DNA of 64,000 nucleotides. Source: Perna viridis. Taxonomy: Eukaryota. The stretch's first letter is position 1, and every line of letters starts with the position of its first letter. Below are positions 28,101-43,100 of this stretch, piece after piece. The stretch spans positions 5,828,001 through 5,892,000 of the forward strand of contig CM074511.1 of assembly GCA_037379345.1 (NCBI GenBank), written 5' to 3'. The notes below the pieces were generated by a model, which saw only the letters and a list, made by a program, of their open reading frames with translations, was not told where the DNA came from and ran no database searches. The translations under genes were made by a program, and so were the position numbers.

Positions 28101-31100
28101 TACTGCTGTATGGAACTAAATATTGTCTCCCAGACTGATTGGAAATTTAAGACTTCAAATTTTTGTGAAATATTAATGTTGATTAAAGTTTTCAAATAGA
28201 AAAAAAAATACTAATTGAAACTTAATTGGCAAGTACTTCTGTTGCTTTTAAAAACTCTCATTTTCCAATTATTTTTTTAAACCCTAAAGATTTGATAAAA
28301 TAAAATGATCTATTGAAAAAGAAAATAGACTTAAAGGGAAAAAAATAAATTGCTAAAATAACAATACTATATTCCATTAGTGTTATTGAAGCGTTTGTTT
28401 CTGATTTGTTTTTACTCATTTCAACTCAATACTCAATAGGCTATTCCATATATGACACTTACAATAGTGCAGTGTCAGTAAAGGGGTTGATTATTTAATA
28501 CAGTGAGAGATATTTCACTGAATGGAATGAATAAAAAAGATAGGATTTCTATGGAACATCTGTTCAGTTTGTATCAGTAGTTAAAACAGTTGTGGTTGAG
28601 TTTATATAGTATATGTACATCACATTTTGTCATGAAATTCTCTTTGTAAATAGATGAAGTGATTTTGAAAATTTCAGTTTCACAAATGTTTTGTCCCTTG
28701 AGTGTGTAACTATTACTTGATTGAATGTCAAGTGTTTCAATTTTTAATAAATGAGCAATTATGTATAAAATAATCTACTGAAACACTCCCGTAAAACAGG
28801 AATTAAAGCTGAAGTACACTTTATTCTAATAAATGTTTCACGAATATCATTTTTAATTGTTCTATCTGACATATCTAAAATTCACAACAGAATGACATTA
28901 AAGAATTTATAAACAGATATAAAAATCAAGTGCAAGAAATCTAGACTAGTACAGAAAATCACTTCCCCAAATAAATTGACCATTATTGGTTGATTATACC
29001 TTGTTCCTTGTTGTTCTACTCCAATGCCTGTCTGTACATCTTGTTCTACTCCAATGCCTGTCTGTACATCTTGTTCTACTCCAATGCCTGTCTGTACATC
29101 TTGTTCTACTCCAATGTCTGTCTGTACATCTTGTTCTACTTCTATGCCTGTCTGTACATCTTGTTCTACTCCAATGCCTGTCTGTACATCTTGTTCTACC
29201 CCTATGCCTGTCTGTACGTCTTGTTCTACTCCAATGCCTGTCTGTACATCTGGGTATGTCCTTAAGATAAATGCATTAAATTTCTAACAAGCGGAATATA
29301 TGTTGTTTCAGTCATCTTATGACATTTTGTAATTAGAGATTTTTTCACACTATGTTTATGAAGCATATCAGATTGATTTTTTTGTCCAGAAGTCAGCTGT
29401 TGTGATCATTAAAAATCCTCATTAGTCAGAAAAATCAATTAGAAACTATAAGATGAAACACATATTGGGTCATTTTTTTTCCTTGACATTTAAAAGAAAT
29501 TTTTGCTAGAAATAGAGTTTAAATGAATAAATGAATCTAATGAGAGACAAACTATTGAAGTTTTTCATAATTTTCTTTCAAATTATCGGAGGAAAGACAT
29601 GTTAAGAAATGAGGATGTCTTGTTTCAATAATGAGTTATCAGTCTTTTATCATATGTGTCCCCATCTTTGTCAGGACAATTTCATGCAGAAGTCCAGTAT
29701 TACCCATATTTCACTCGACATGACTTGGGCTATATCTTTTTAGTTTAGGTTCTTGATGACATTGATACATCTCCACTAATATACTTCATATTAGAAATAC
29801 TAAGTCCAGCAATCACATCAGTTAATACTGTAAGTGAGGGAGACATTGAGAAATACGATCTTGATAGTACTCAGTGTTCTAGGATTCCACATTCCTGTTA
29901 ACTAGGGCAAATGCAATTTTGGTGTGGGAAAATTACACATTATGTTTCACTCCCCCTTTTCTTAAATACAGAAACCAAACTTTCATTGTGGATAAGTATT
30001 TTCAAAAATCTTTTGTCGTGTTTACGGAATCCATTTAAACAAGTTTTTCAAAGGGATGTAATCCACCAACTGACAACCTGGTTTGGTGGTCTCATTGGTC
30101 AAAGGAAGAATAGCAAACATTTTTCTTTGAAACTTAGACTGTTTTCACTTCTATAGGTAGCTAAATGTTTTAAAATGAGTTATTTAAAATTATAAATGTA
30201 CTTACCAATAAGAAAAATATTTGAATTTGTAGTGTGCTGCTGTACATTGCTCCTGTCTGTCAGTAAACCAGCCTGTCAGTTTGGGGAGTTACCTACCTTT
30301 GCTCAAAGTTTAAGAAAAAAAAAACATGTCAAAGTCAGAAATATGAAAAAGGTCTATTAGAGTTTTCTTGGTGAAACCTATAATTTTCAAAAATCCTAGA
30401 CTGTACCGTAATGGCTTGTTACGTTATAGTACACTGTACTACCATTAATAATATTAATAATAAAACCTTTATTATTAAGTATAAACTATAAGTATTAAAA
30501 GTGTTCAGTACCTTTTAACCACTTAGCACATTTTGTTTACAGATAACCAGACATATCAGTACAATGATCCTGTAAATATCTTCCCCATACTGGGCTCTAT
30601 CTTTTTATGTTACGGTAATTTGGTCTTATCATTGATTCCAATAACTATTTTGGCAGCCAAGTTCTCATTATATCAGTAGGTTTCCTCTTGGGTGAAGTCT
30701 TTATTTTTCTAACCTTATCTCAAACATTTGATACTAAGAATTGGTAAAATCATATTGGGAGCGATGTACTTGATTTTTTAGCTTGATATGATCTTAACAC
30801 TTATCTGATCCCAATTCTGTGATGATGAAAATTAAATTTAGAAAAAGTTATGTGATATTCTCACTATTCCATGGGTATTCTGTACTTCAATGTTTAACTA
30901 GGCTTTCTACGGGATGAGCTGGTAGTAAAAGATTGGTAATACTCTTAATCTTCCATGGGTATTCTATACTTCAGTGTTTAACTAGGCTTTCTACAGGGTG
31001 AGCTGGTAGTAAAAGATAGGTAATACTCTTAATCTTCCATGGGTATTTTGTACTTCAGTGTTGAACTAGGCTTTCTACAGGACGAGGAGCTTGTAGTAAA

Positions 31101-34100
31101 AGATAGGTAATACTCTTAATCTCCCATGGGTATTCTGTTCTTCAGTGTTTAACTAGGCTTTCTACAGGATGAGCTGGTAGTAAAAGATAATCTCCCATGG
31201 GTATTCGGTTCCTCAGTGTTTAACTAGGCTTTCTACAGGATGAGGAGCTTGTAGGAAAAGATAGGTAATACTATTAATCTCTATTAATTTAGTAAAAGAT
31301 AGGTAATACTATTAATCTCTATTAATTTAGTAAAAGATAGGTAATACTCTTAATCTTCCATGGTATTTTATACTTCAGTGTTTAACTAGGCTTTCTACAG
31401 GATAAGTTGGTAGTAAAAGTTCCATGATACTCTCATTCTGTACTACATTGTTAATCTAGGCTTTTTATATGAAGAACTGTCACAGAGAATGTGTTCCCAT
31501 TACAATAGAACCCAATTCTATCTAGATATACCCTTTCCATTTCCTACTTTTGCCCTCTGGGGCAGTTATATTTGCAAGGCATACACATTATTTTCAATTA
31601 AAGGAAGTGCTGACTCAGGTATTAAGAAATATGCTTCAATTTCTATGGAAGTGTGTCTGAATTCATTTTGTCATTTTCAACTACTCCAGGAAATATGCTT
31701 TCCATCTGGAAGAGATTCTTGGGCATTTTAGCATGATATATTTTGTACTAATGTTTTAAATCGTTATTGTGTAAAAAAAAATTGAAACATAGATTTACCT
31801 TCAGTAATGAATGGTATATATTATTTCTCTACTCAAGATTGTAAAATTTATCTTTAACATGCAAACGTTAGCAGGCATGTTAAATCTAAATTTTACTATT
31901 GAGAGTGACAAAATGATTTAAATCATGAATAGGTTAATGGAGCATTGGTTTCTCTCACAATGTCTGTAGAAAACTAGAAAGCAGACATTTCATCATCACC
32001 CAGTCAAACGCATTTTAATCAGATGTATAGAATGGGAGAAATAAGAGATATGCATTATTTGGAAATTTTTGACTGGAACGAGAGTTCCTTCAAACATTTT
32101 AGAATAACAACACTTGCACATGCAGAAAAATGTTTGTTGACTATTCCATCACAAAGAAAACCCAAGACTTGATAAGATTATATATACTAGATATTATCTT
32201 TTATGCAGCTCTAATGGTCTATGTTAATAACCTTAGGATTGGCTTTTCTCTAAACTCCTCTTTTTATCATTGCTGTGAAAATATTCAGATTGACATTAAA
32301 GCATATTTTATCTCTAGTTTTATTTCTAGTCATAACAAAGTCTGAAGTACTAGCATTGGTAACCAAACTACTGTTTCCTTAATTGTTTCAATACAAGTCC
32401 CAGTTTTTTTTTGGCATTTTACCAAAAAAAATTATTTGGTACATGAGCAAAAATTGAAAAATATCAAATATTGTATTTTCAAAGCTAGTTGAATTTATGT
32501 GTTGTCAAGTAGGTTGTATAAATTTGAAAAAGTCATACAACAAAACACTTTTTTTTCACATGCTTTGTTGTACCAGAGTTAACTGTAGGTCTGTCATATA
32601 TTTTATATTTAGCCACATATGTACCGATGAAAAGGTGCTTTGTGATACCTTCCATTTGACTTGCAGATGATAACTTGGCAGATAAAGGATTTTTTCAAAC
32701 TTGCACAAGAGTTTAGATCAAGATCACTCCTGTTGTTAATTCTCCAATTACATTGTTTTTGTCTTTTTCCCACACCCCTTTTTATAATTTCAGTCGTGGT
32801 GTTCATACTTTATTGCCCAATGTTTTGGTTATTGTTTACAACTAGTGAGGTGCCTTTTTCTATTTTTCAACCCTAATTACAGTTTTGTTTGTCTATTTAC
32901 AGTAAGAAGAGTGCCTCCGCATTTCACCATGCCACCAAATAATGTTTCGGTCAATCCTCACACAAATGTCAGCTTGACCTGTGTAGCTGTAGGTTCACCC
33001 ATGCCAAAGGTCAAGTTCAGGGATGGTCCAATAGAGTTGACCCCTGAGGATGAGGAACATATAGGAACCAATACTCTGGTCCTTATAAATGTTACTGAGA
33101 GTAAAAACTACACATGTGTTGCTTCATCTGAACTGGGAAATATAGAACATGTTGTTGAAGTCGAGGTCAAAGGTAAGATTTTCAATAGATTCTAAATAGC
33201 AAAAGAGAAGACTTTTTAGTTATGGTGAAGTTGATATACAGGGAGTCTAAGACAGATAGATACATTTTGAATTAGTTTAAAGTTTGTTATATATGTAATA
33301 CATGCAGCAATCTACTTCTTACTAAAAACATTAACATTATTTTACAATACAATTCTAGTTATGTGTTGTTGATCACTTTTCTAGGGATAATTATGGATGA
33401 TAAAAGTCTGGTCCCATGCTGCTACTGTAAGAACCTCTCCCTTAAATCTCTTTCTCTTCATCAAAGTATATTATGAAAGGTTTTAAGCTTATCATAGTGA
33501 TTTATCATAACATAAATTTTCCAGATAAAGTGTCATGATATCATAATGTCCTTATCTTCTCAGCTTACTCAGTCCATTTATGCTACAGATATCTTGTTAT
33601 GCTGTAATATGTAAAGGCATAATGTGTAGAATGTTTAATGTTTTCTTTGTACAGACAGCTGATCAATGATAAAAATTGAAAGTATTTATAGTTTGAAAGC
33701 TCAAGAAGTATTTTTGCCATTTAAGTCACAAAACTCTCTTCTTTTACATACTTGTCAAAAGCATTGCTTGATTTTTATTTAGGTTTTAGCCACTTATTCG
33801 GTTCTGTTTAATTTTTTTTTGGCACAAGAACCCTAGTGATATTATGTATATGAAGTATATAAAATATCATTGTCTTTTCTGTCTATCTGCTGTGAAGGGT
33901 TGAGTGAATATACATGTATTTATACCCCCACAGACAAACCTAAGGGATATATTGGAATCACCCTATCTGTCTGTCTGTTGGTCTGTCTGTCAATTTTCCT
34001 GTCCACATCCTTAGTAAGCACAACATCACCTACACTGTGCAGTGATGACTGATGATCCTGAAATTATCAAGCTATCAATCAGGTTTAAATTTTAACCTCT

Positions 34101-37100
34101 TGAGAGAAAAATAATAGAGAAAATGCTTATAAATCTTTATCTGGAGGAAGAATTGTGTGTTCATGATGTCTCTGCTCCAACTCATTTGCTACTTCTTCTT
34201 AAAGTGGTTAAACAAAATGAAGTGAGTAAATTTGATTAGGCCTTATGTAAATATCAGATTTAATCTCTCTCTCTACATATATATACACCTACAATCTTGT
34301 AATTGGCCAGAGCTAATAAACCCAACTAGGAGTGTGGAATAGTGGAAATGGAAGTTAGACATGCAGGCATGATGGCCATTAATTCAATCGAAAAAAATAT
34401 CAAATATATTCATAATCATATTAATTCACATTTTTAAAAGGGTTGATGACACTCTTTCGAGACAAATACACAGCATCCATTATGAGTTTATAATTCAATA
34501 ATTTGCAAAAATAATCAGGACATTATTTCTAATTTTCCTAAACATGTCAATAAATTAGAAAAATAAATGCAGATTGATTCAGGTTCTCCTCTGTGTTTTA
34601 TATTTAATGTTCTTGGTTCAGGTAGCAAAGCCTGTTGAGGAGAGGGATTTTGTTTGAATTATTCTGTGTCTATTGGGAATATTTTGCTGTGGAGAAAATA
34701 TTGACAGATTTCAATGAAGCGTTCTTTGCGATATGTTTTAGAGAAATAGGTATCAAATTCACATTCGAAGACATTTCTGATCAATTGCTGGATATAGTTG
34801 TGAGCTAGTGTTTAATTACTTGAAGAAAATTGCTTTTTCACTATAACTTTTATTGAAGCAGGATTAAAGATTTAACGGACTGTTTGATTACATTCTTAAT
34901 AATCAACTTACAGTCATTTTATGAAAACCAGGAAATATTAATTTGGATTACTCAAAACTTCTAAAATTGATTTCTTCATATAAAAAATATATTTTTTATT
35001 TGTGAAAAATCAGTGATTATATGCAACTATTAAATAAAGCATCAGAATTTTTTAAAAAATGTTCATTAATGTTTAATCATGATATAAAATTTGTTTTTGA
35101 TGGAAGGAAATGGATGATTTCATTTAATATCCCTGTCAGAAGTTCTGTTATTTCTCTTAGAATTTTATACCCTTTATCAGTTAAACAGGTTCTTTCTGAG
35201 TCCTTATCTTAAAGATCCTCATGATAAGAATAAAGTTTGTTATAGTGCCTTGAATAAATTGGCCTCCTTGCAAAAACAAAGATTTCCTGCATTTTGAACT
35301 GAGTGTAGATTAGACAGTTAGTAGCATGGTGAGTTGCCATAGAAACGTTGATTAGGGATGATGTTGTAACCTATTGACCCACCAATCAACACTAGGTATT
35401 GCCATCACATGATAAGATGCTACTTTTAGACAGAAATAGCACTCACACATATCTTTATAGCAAGTGCATGTGGAGTGGACATCAATAACTATTCCACTGT
35501 TGGAATTTTCAGCTTTTAAGGGGATATTAATTATATTACTAAGTGATAGTGCTGTGTTCAGTGAGAGGAGTTTGTTTGATTAGGTTAGAGCATGCATTTT
35601 CTTTGATATTTGGATTAATTAACAGCGAAACCATGCAAATTCATAGGACATTTTTAGCTTTTTACTCATTATTAACCTTACTTGGGACTGGAAACTTAGC
35701 TGAGATCCCACACCCTCCAGTGAATTTTCATGCTAATGATGTAGGACCTGGATTTATTCAGTTAGCATGGACCCCTGTTCCTGGAGATGACATCCAATAT
35801 TACAAGTTACAATACAGGGAGAAAGGAGATATAAATGGATTCATTGAGGAGAGAACTAATTTACCAGGACTTAAAGTCCAAAATCTTTCTCCGTTCACAG
35901 AGTATCAATTTCAAGTTGTTGGTGTTAACAGTTTAGGGGATAGTAGACCAACAGATATTGTAGAAAAGAGAACTAGTCCAATGGGTTTGTATTACATTCT
36001 TTTAGTAGTCTTAATTTAAATATTTCAGAAACTTTTCAGTATTTTTTATTAAGTTTGATGGATAGTATAGATGTTTTTTGTAGTAGTTCTCTCTTTCTAC
36101 CAATTGTTCATTCACTCCATATATTTCTTTCTGATTGAATTTGTCATCTTCCATGTAGGAAAAGTAGTTATACTGAAAAACTTCTTAAGCCTTGAAAATT
36201 ATAGCATGAATATACTTTAACCTGACAAATTAGATATCAGTCGATTTAATAGAAGTTCTATTTATGATCTTCCTCTCAAGCACCTTTTCTAACAAGAAAC
36301 ACATGCTTATAATTGTTGCCAAGCTCAAAACTTACATTGATTTTTTGTGTGTACAATAATACATAATACAATCTAGGTTTTCATGGAGAATGAATTGTCT
36401 TTTTGTAATTAACAGGCAATTCTGGTGATAATGATGCAATTATTGTCATAATCAGATTCCATTTGTATCAATTGCTCTGTAAATTACATGTACATGTATG
36501 TAAATTATGTCAATTGGATTTGTTGTACAAGCCTACAATTTTTTGAAGAATGTTGACAACTCTGAATATTTTGTATTCAAGTAAATGTCAGTATCTTAAT
36601 TCTTTAGTAAGATTTTCCAAGTTTTTTTTTCATCTCTTAGAAATTTGATATTACTACATTTTGGATATCTAGATTTTCAAATGAAAACAAAATCAGTTAA
36701 ACTTGAAAGGTGTTATTTTGTTCTGGAAATAATGCACGGATCCCGCCAACATTACTCTACTGTTAATTTCCTGTACACGTGTCCAGAAGTTTACAGTTGC
36801 ACAACATCATCTTTAATTTCAAAATCTTTAAAATTATGTGTTGATAGAAATACTGCAAATACTCCTGTCTACTGCACCTGTGCACTTAGTGAAAAAAATG
36901 TTTATGAATGATGTAAGGAGTTAAAGTAAAAATAATGAAATTTTACAAAATAAATCATGGAAGTCTTGACATACATTCTTGACTTTTGTGATTACATAAT
37001 TAATGGTACATCTGGCATGTCTGAAACAAAACCATGGTGAGCTTATATAGAACAGGGTTCTTTCTTATCAGGTGTCCAGCTGTTGTATTGCAAGGGTATC

Positions 37101-40100
37101 TACAGGGCACTATTATTACATAGTTAATATTTCTAGTAATCATGTTGTAAATTGAAGGAACCCTTGTTAAATATTTTGATATTTATATCAGATATACGAT
37201 AGGGCTTGGTGTATTCCTTGGCCAATAAGATTAAGTATAATGAAAGGTCTATTTTTTCCTTTCCTTTCCGAAGTATTAAGGTTATGGTGTGTATAGTTCT
37301 GTCTTGTTCTTGATAAAATTTAGTCATTCAGTTATTGTCACATTAAAATAGGTCACATTTTACTAGTTCCCTTCTGGTTCTGTAACAAAATTTTCTATCT
37401 TCTTTAACCTTTAATGGTTAGATTTCTACATCAAGTAACATCATTTAATTAAAACATTAATGATGTGATTAGATTAGAAAAGATGACATATTTAATTCTG
37501 TCATTACAACACCCTAGGTCTTGGCATGCTTTAATTTCCATAATGTGAAGTAGATCTAAGGTGGTGATGTTCTATCTAGATTACATGGGGTACCAGCGAA
37601 AGAAGTAATTAGTTACCTAGTGATAAACTCAGGTCATCTATGCCATTGTCTAGATATGCTCTGATAATAACACAAGTTATGAGGGATATTAAAATAGATT
37701 GTCAGAAAAAAAAGGGGGAATGACTGATAATCAGAAGATAGCAAATTCAGAATGATGTGCAATGATTCGTCAAAAGTCAAATCAGTTCATAGGTTTAAAT
37801 GTTAGCAAGTTATTATTATTATAATGCTGATTTCGTCAGGTTAAAAAGTTGAATTTCCCTGGATCTTGTTGTCAGGAAAATGGGGAATAAATATCAGCAG
37901 CCAATTAATTCCTGTTTGTTGATATGGTAGTAATAACACCCTGATGATAAGTGGTGATAATTTACTGACCATAATATCCCACAGATTTTGGCTTGATATC
38001 ATACTGTTACATGCTTATTAATATAGCATCCAGCTGTGTACCTACCTTTTATCCTTAGCCATTGTTTATCATTTTCTGCCAGACTGTATAATTACTATTT
38101 TGATACTTTTGAAATGAACAGTATATTCTAGATTCATGCTCTCTTCATACTCTGTGCACTCAACACTTTCCTAGATTTTAAGTTTTTGTCTTGACCAATT
38201 CATTTTAATTTTCTTCAATTATTAAAATGAAGTACAAGTAACTTAACAAATTTCCCAACTGGATATACATCTGTCCAATTTGTTCTCATCCTGTTTAATT
38301 AACTTACTCTATTTATTAAGTGCTAGTTGTTTCATTCCTGGCTAAAACCACCTTAGAACAGTTTAGTGGCTTGCTCATTAATTCAAATTATATCAATGTT
38401 AACATGACTCAGTTTTTACCTTCCAAAGTTCAGTGCAGTTGTTATTAGAAGCCTAAGTAAAAGAAGAATTACAATGACTAAGCTGAGTTAAGAATCTTTT
38501 ACTTAGCATATAGGATGATTTGGACAAATGAATAATTTTACTTATCTCTCTACACCATTCACATTTGGCACAAAAGGATTTTCTGTGGGTTTTTTTTTTT
38601 TGTTTTGTTTATTTTTATTATTATTTTTCAACTTGTATAATTTTTAGAAGTTTGAAAGTATTTATATGATTTGACTCTCAGATTTTTGTGGTTTTTCAGG
38701 GTCAGAATTTAAATGAACAAACAGTAATTTAATAAATCATGCAGATAGTATACAATGTGTAACAGTATGTAGTTACAGAATCTTAGTTCATGATTGTACA
38801 ACATCTCTACTTCATTCCTTATTGAATGATATACCTGACATCCTTGCTGCACATTTAGTCAAATACATGTATGAACCATTATCATATTGTTGATCCTTAG
38901 CCAGAGATAAAATTAGATACACTTCCCCCCTGAGAGGAAAACATTTGTCCTCATCCGTTTGATGAAGTAGAAGCATTATCCAGTGCAAACAAATAATTTA
39001 TGATCCTTTTTCCACGACAAACTGTGATGGATGGTAAAGTTTCAGATGTTTGTTCAGGGAATTTTATATGCTGTTTTTGCTTTTCTACAACTTCACATTA
39101 TCTATTGAAGTTTCACATGGAATACTCTAGTCATTTGATTTAACTATCTTTTTAAATACTTTGATCCATCAAATGGTACCTAGCTTTGATCATCTTCTAC
39201 AATTCTCAGATTTTATGAAATCAGATTTTTTTTTTAATTGACATCAGAACAAAAGAATATGTCACTGCTCAGACCACTTGTTAGTCATTACAGAAGCTGA
39301 AAGCTGTTTCCAATTTATGTATTTTTTTCCCTCTTTTATATTTTCAATGTTAGGATAGAGGACCCAAGTGAGTGTCAGAGAAGAAGCACTAATCCAGGCC
39401 ATGTAGTGCCTTTCTGTACTTGTAATTTTGACTTGATACCATGATGGTGTTCATTTATATAAACATCACCCATTGTACTGCCATTAAAGTTTGATAAGAA
39501 AATAATTGCATCCAGAAATTGGTATGGTGTGAGTGTTTCTTTCTAAAGTCATGAAAATGCTTTCAAACATCTGAAATTTTCAGATAAAACCTGATTTTCA
39601 TTACTTAAGTGACAGTTTTACAAGCACCTGCTTGAGAGGTTCAGCATTATAAAGTACATGTAGCTATTTAAACCAAAGTAGCTTGATGTTTCAATTTTTT
39701 ACTTAAGAATTTAATTTAAATCTAAAACATCAATAAATAGAGGGAAAATGAAGCTTCTACAACAACAAATTTCTATAAATCTACCATCAGCTCCAGACAA
39801 GAAGCCAACATTTGTATGTGAAGAATTCTCTAGAGTTTAATAAGAAAAGAAAAAGGTGTCTTGTGACAGTAATTATATAAGTCATAAATAGCATATCTTG
39901 TTTTGCTTTCTCTACTTAGACTGTATATGACCTCAGAACATGACTTGTTAGGTTTGAGTGATTTCCTAATAGACTTCAGCTGACAGGCAGATGTTTCGTG
40001 CCTATGGTTTCCCTTCTACTAACCCCAGGACAATGCTTTCCCATACAAAGAATTTCCCCAGAGGGTGTTTCCTCTACTGATAGTTTGACACTGAAACTGT

Positions 40101-43100
40101 TGTCTTTGACTTTTCAGTAAGGTTTCTATGTCTGTGGTCAGTAAGAAGGACATCAGTTGTTTCTTTGACCTTGAACTGACCTCAGGTCAACATTATGTTA
40201 GTTATTGTTCATTCCTAGTTGACAGACCTTGTGTTAAGTTACAACTCTTGAAATAGTTAGGATTCCACTGAGTGCTGTAAACATGGGAGTATGTAGGAAA
40301 CTTTACATGGCTTTCTGTTAAACTCATCAAACCATGGCATATGGCATGTACACTATACAATAATAGGCACCTGATGGAAATTTCATGAAGTTTTCTCTGC
40401 ACTTTCTTTCAATCTTTGATGGATGTGCTGAAAGAACAATTTACAAGGATGTTTCTATGTTCATAACGAGATGAAGTTTTAACATACTTAATTTCTTTTC
40501 TTTTTTTGCTTAAATAGTACTCATCATATTTAACAGAATCTTGCTGATAATAGAAGTATGCCATTAAAACACTCTCCTACATGTAGCACTATACTGACAT
40601 TGTAATTAGTATTTATTGTGTTTAGAAACATTTTGCAGTTTCTGTATGTCACTAGGACGTCTTCAGTACATAAATTTTATGTAATTGATTCAAGACCATT
40701 ACCCCAAAACACCCATGGCAGGCGCAGATCCAAGGACTGGCGTACCAGGCATACGCCCCCTCCCTAAATCGGTAAGGGAAAATAAATCAGAAAGTTTCAC
40801 CCCATAATATTTTTTGCCTTGCTTTGGACGGCATTTAATTCGATTTACGCCCCCCTAAACTCAAATCCTGGATCCGCCCCTGCATGAACACACACACATG
40901 ACTTTAAGAGGGGCTTGATGCAAAACCATTTTTCTGGACTAATACATTTTGAATTTTTTCTTCTGACATAACTAGATTACTATACTCTTCACAGCAGTAA
41001 AGTTTACGGAGCACTCCTTTCATTGTAAATGTAATCATTCATACTCCTCAGATTATGTAGATTCAAGGTGTTAATTATATAATACCTGTTTCCTGTCATT
41101 AAAAACTCCCTCCTGACTTCCATACTAATGAATTTTTATGTACCTTCTTTAATGTGTTCAGTTAGATTGTAGACCTATAAATGTCTTTCTAGTTTCTCAC
41201 TGCAGAATATGTGTAAAACTTTGAGGAGGTATGATAAAACTCGGCAGCATTTGTCTTTCATGGCTTCTTTCAGGTTGATGCATTTGAAATTTAATTGACG
41301 TCTTAGAAATGTGCTAATGTAAAAGCACCTGAAACAAATAGATTTACTGTAATTAGAAGTTACATCCTTGTATCAAATTTTCGTGTCTGAAATGCATCAA
41401 TTAATTTTAGTTTGTAGCCATTTCTACATATTCTCTGAGTGCATTAATCAGCTCACACATTCTTGAGTGTCATTCTTTCCTAGACTGATTATTTTCTTGA
41501 GCTTCATATCTGACTATAAGATGTTGAGGTCTACCCAGTTATGTAGGATTACTGACAAGCCAATTTAGATAGAATAAATCTATTCAAGATACATGTATAC
41601 AACTACTACCCACTCATTAGAGTCGGGCAGTATTGTAATCACCTTTTCCATCAGTCCATCTCTCCATTACACTTTTCTAAAAACGGTAGATTGAGTAGAT
41701 TTGTCATCCTGTTCATTGACTACTAAATATTGGGTGACATTGTATCATGAACCCTTTCCTTACATTTCAGTTGGGGGAGGGGTATTCATTGTATCATGAA
41801 CCTTTTCGCTACATCGCTGTTGGGGAGAGGTGTCATTGCATCATGAACCCTTTTCCCAACATTTCTGTTTAACTTGACAAGATTCATATTGTTCCAGTTA
41901 CATTAAGCATATTTATTAATGAAGATCAAAGATATGAAAACCAATCTGGAGAAACTGTTCTTATCATCATAAGTTGGTCAGACTGAAACAGCTGTTAGAT
42001 ATGAATGATATGGAAATAAACAGACAGAATTTAGAATGTCAACACCAATTTGAGAATACTCAGTTGTAAAATGATTCTTGTTGATTCTAGAAAAACAGGT
42101 GGAATTATAGATTTCTGTGGTTATCATGAGTGACATGTTGATATTTGATTTGTCTCACTTCATATGTCCTTTGGCGTGTCATGTAACTGGTTATTTTTAT
42201 AGGTTAAGAAAAATGTTTAGGTCACATCAATTATGAATGATAGTGTTTTTTATCTACAATCAGAAGAAGTATGAGATATTCATTTTTGGTCGGGTTGCAC
42301 TCACAACAAATTGTCTTTAGAATGTTGGATGTCTGGTGGGTGGACAAGGAAAACTTTATGGTAACATTTTTCTCAGCACTTCTACTCCTGTTTGCTGTCT
42401 TGGTTTATTTTTAAACACTGCCATTCAAACAGAAAATTTTTGTGAAATTTTTCTTAGCAAATGTAAATCACAGCCACTAGATATTTAATAGGTAACCTTA
42501 GTATGGAGTCCAAAATCATGGGATGCTATTTCAGGTCCGTCACCAAAATAAATGATAGAAACAGTTTATGCTGCAAATACCAGGCTATTTATTACTTTGA
42601 CCCATTTTCCATTGATAAATTTTGTTATTTTACTAGAATTGAAAACATATTACTGGTCCCAACCTTATCTTCAGTACCAGTTCTCATGTGACACAATACA
42701 CAGGTATAAATTTACAGGTTGGGTTTTAATGGTTATTTCACTGTTTTAAATTATTAATTCTCTGATCAAAAATACAGATGGTATCTGTCTTGTTCATTTT
42801 ATAAGTCAGATTAATGTTGAAAAATATTGTTAATCAAAGCGAGTACTGTATTTATCAGAAGTTGAAGGTTTTATCAGTTTCCATGTGTGAAGCATATGAT
42901 GATGTTTTATGATTGAGTGGGAGGAATTAAGGAGAGGCTTGAACTCACTGGTTTTTCTTACCATTGAATACATAACATTTACCCTTCTTTTATATTGAAG
43001 AGTTGTTATGGTTTTGATATTTGAAATGTTTTAAATATGAATTTTTAATTCTTTTGATAATTCTTTGTCCAGCGGCTCCAGCCATATTATATGGCTTTAC

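Noticed and set aside
28986-29287. Three overlapping repetitive ORFs (for example [10 protein letters not shown] repeats, metallothionein-like)
   Set aside because: They are translations of a 30-bp minisatellite that has no stop in any + frame; no splice or homology support.
32600-32882. Several AG...GT micro-segments upstream of Ig3 (22, 5 and 4 nt) as meB candidates
   Set aside because: None preserves frame and the donors (gtgctt, gtgttc, gtgcct) are weak.
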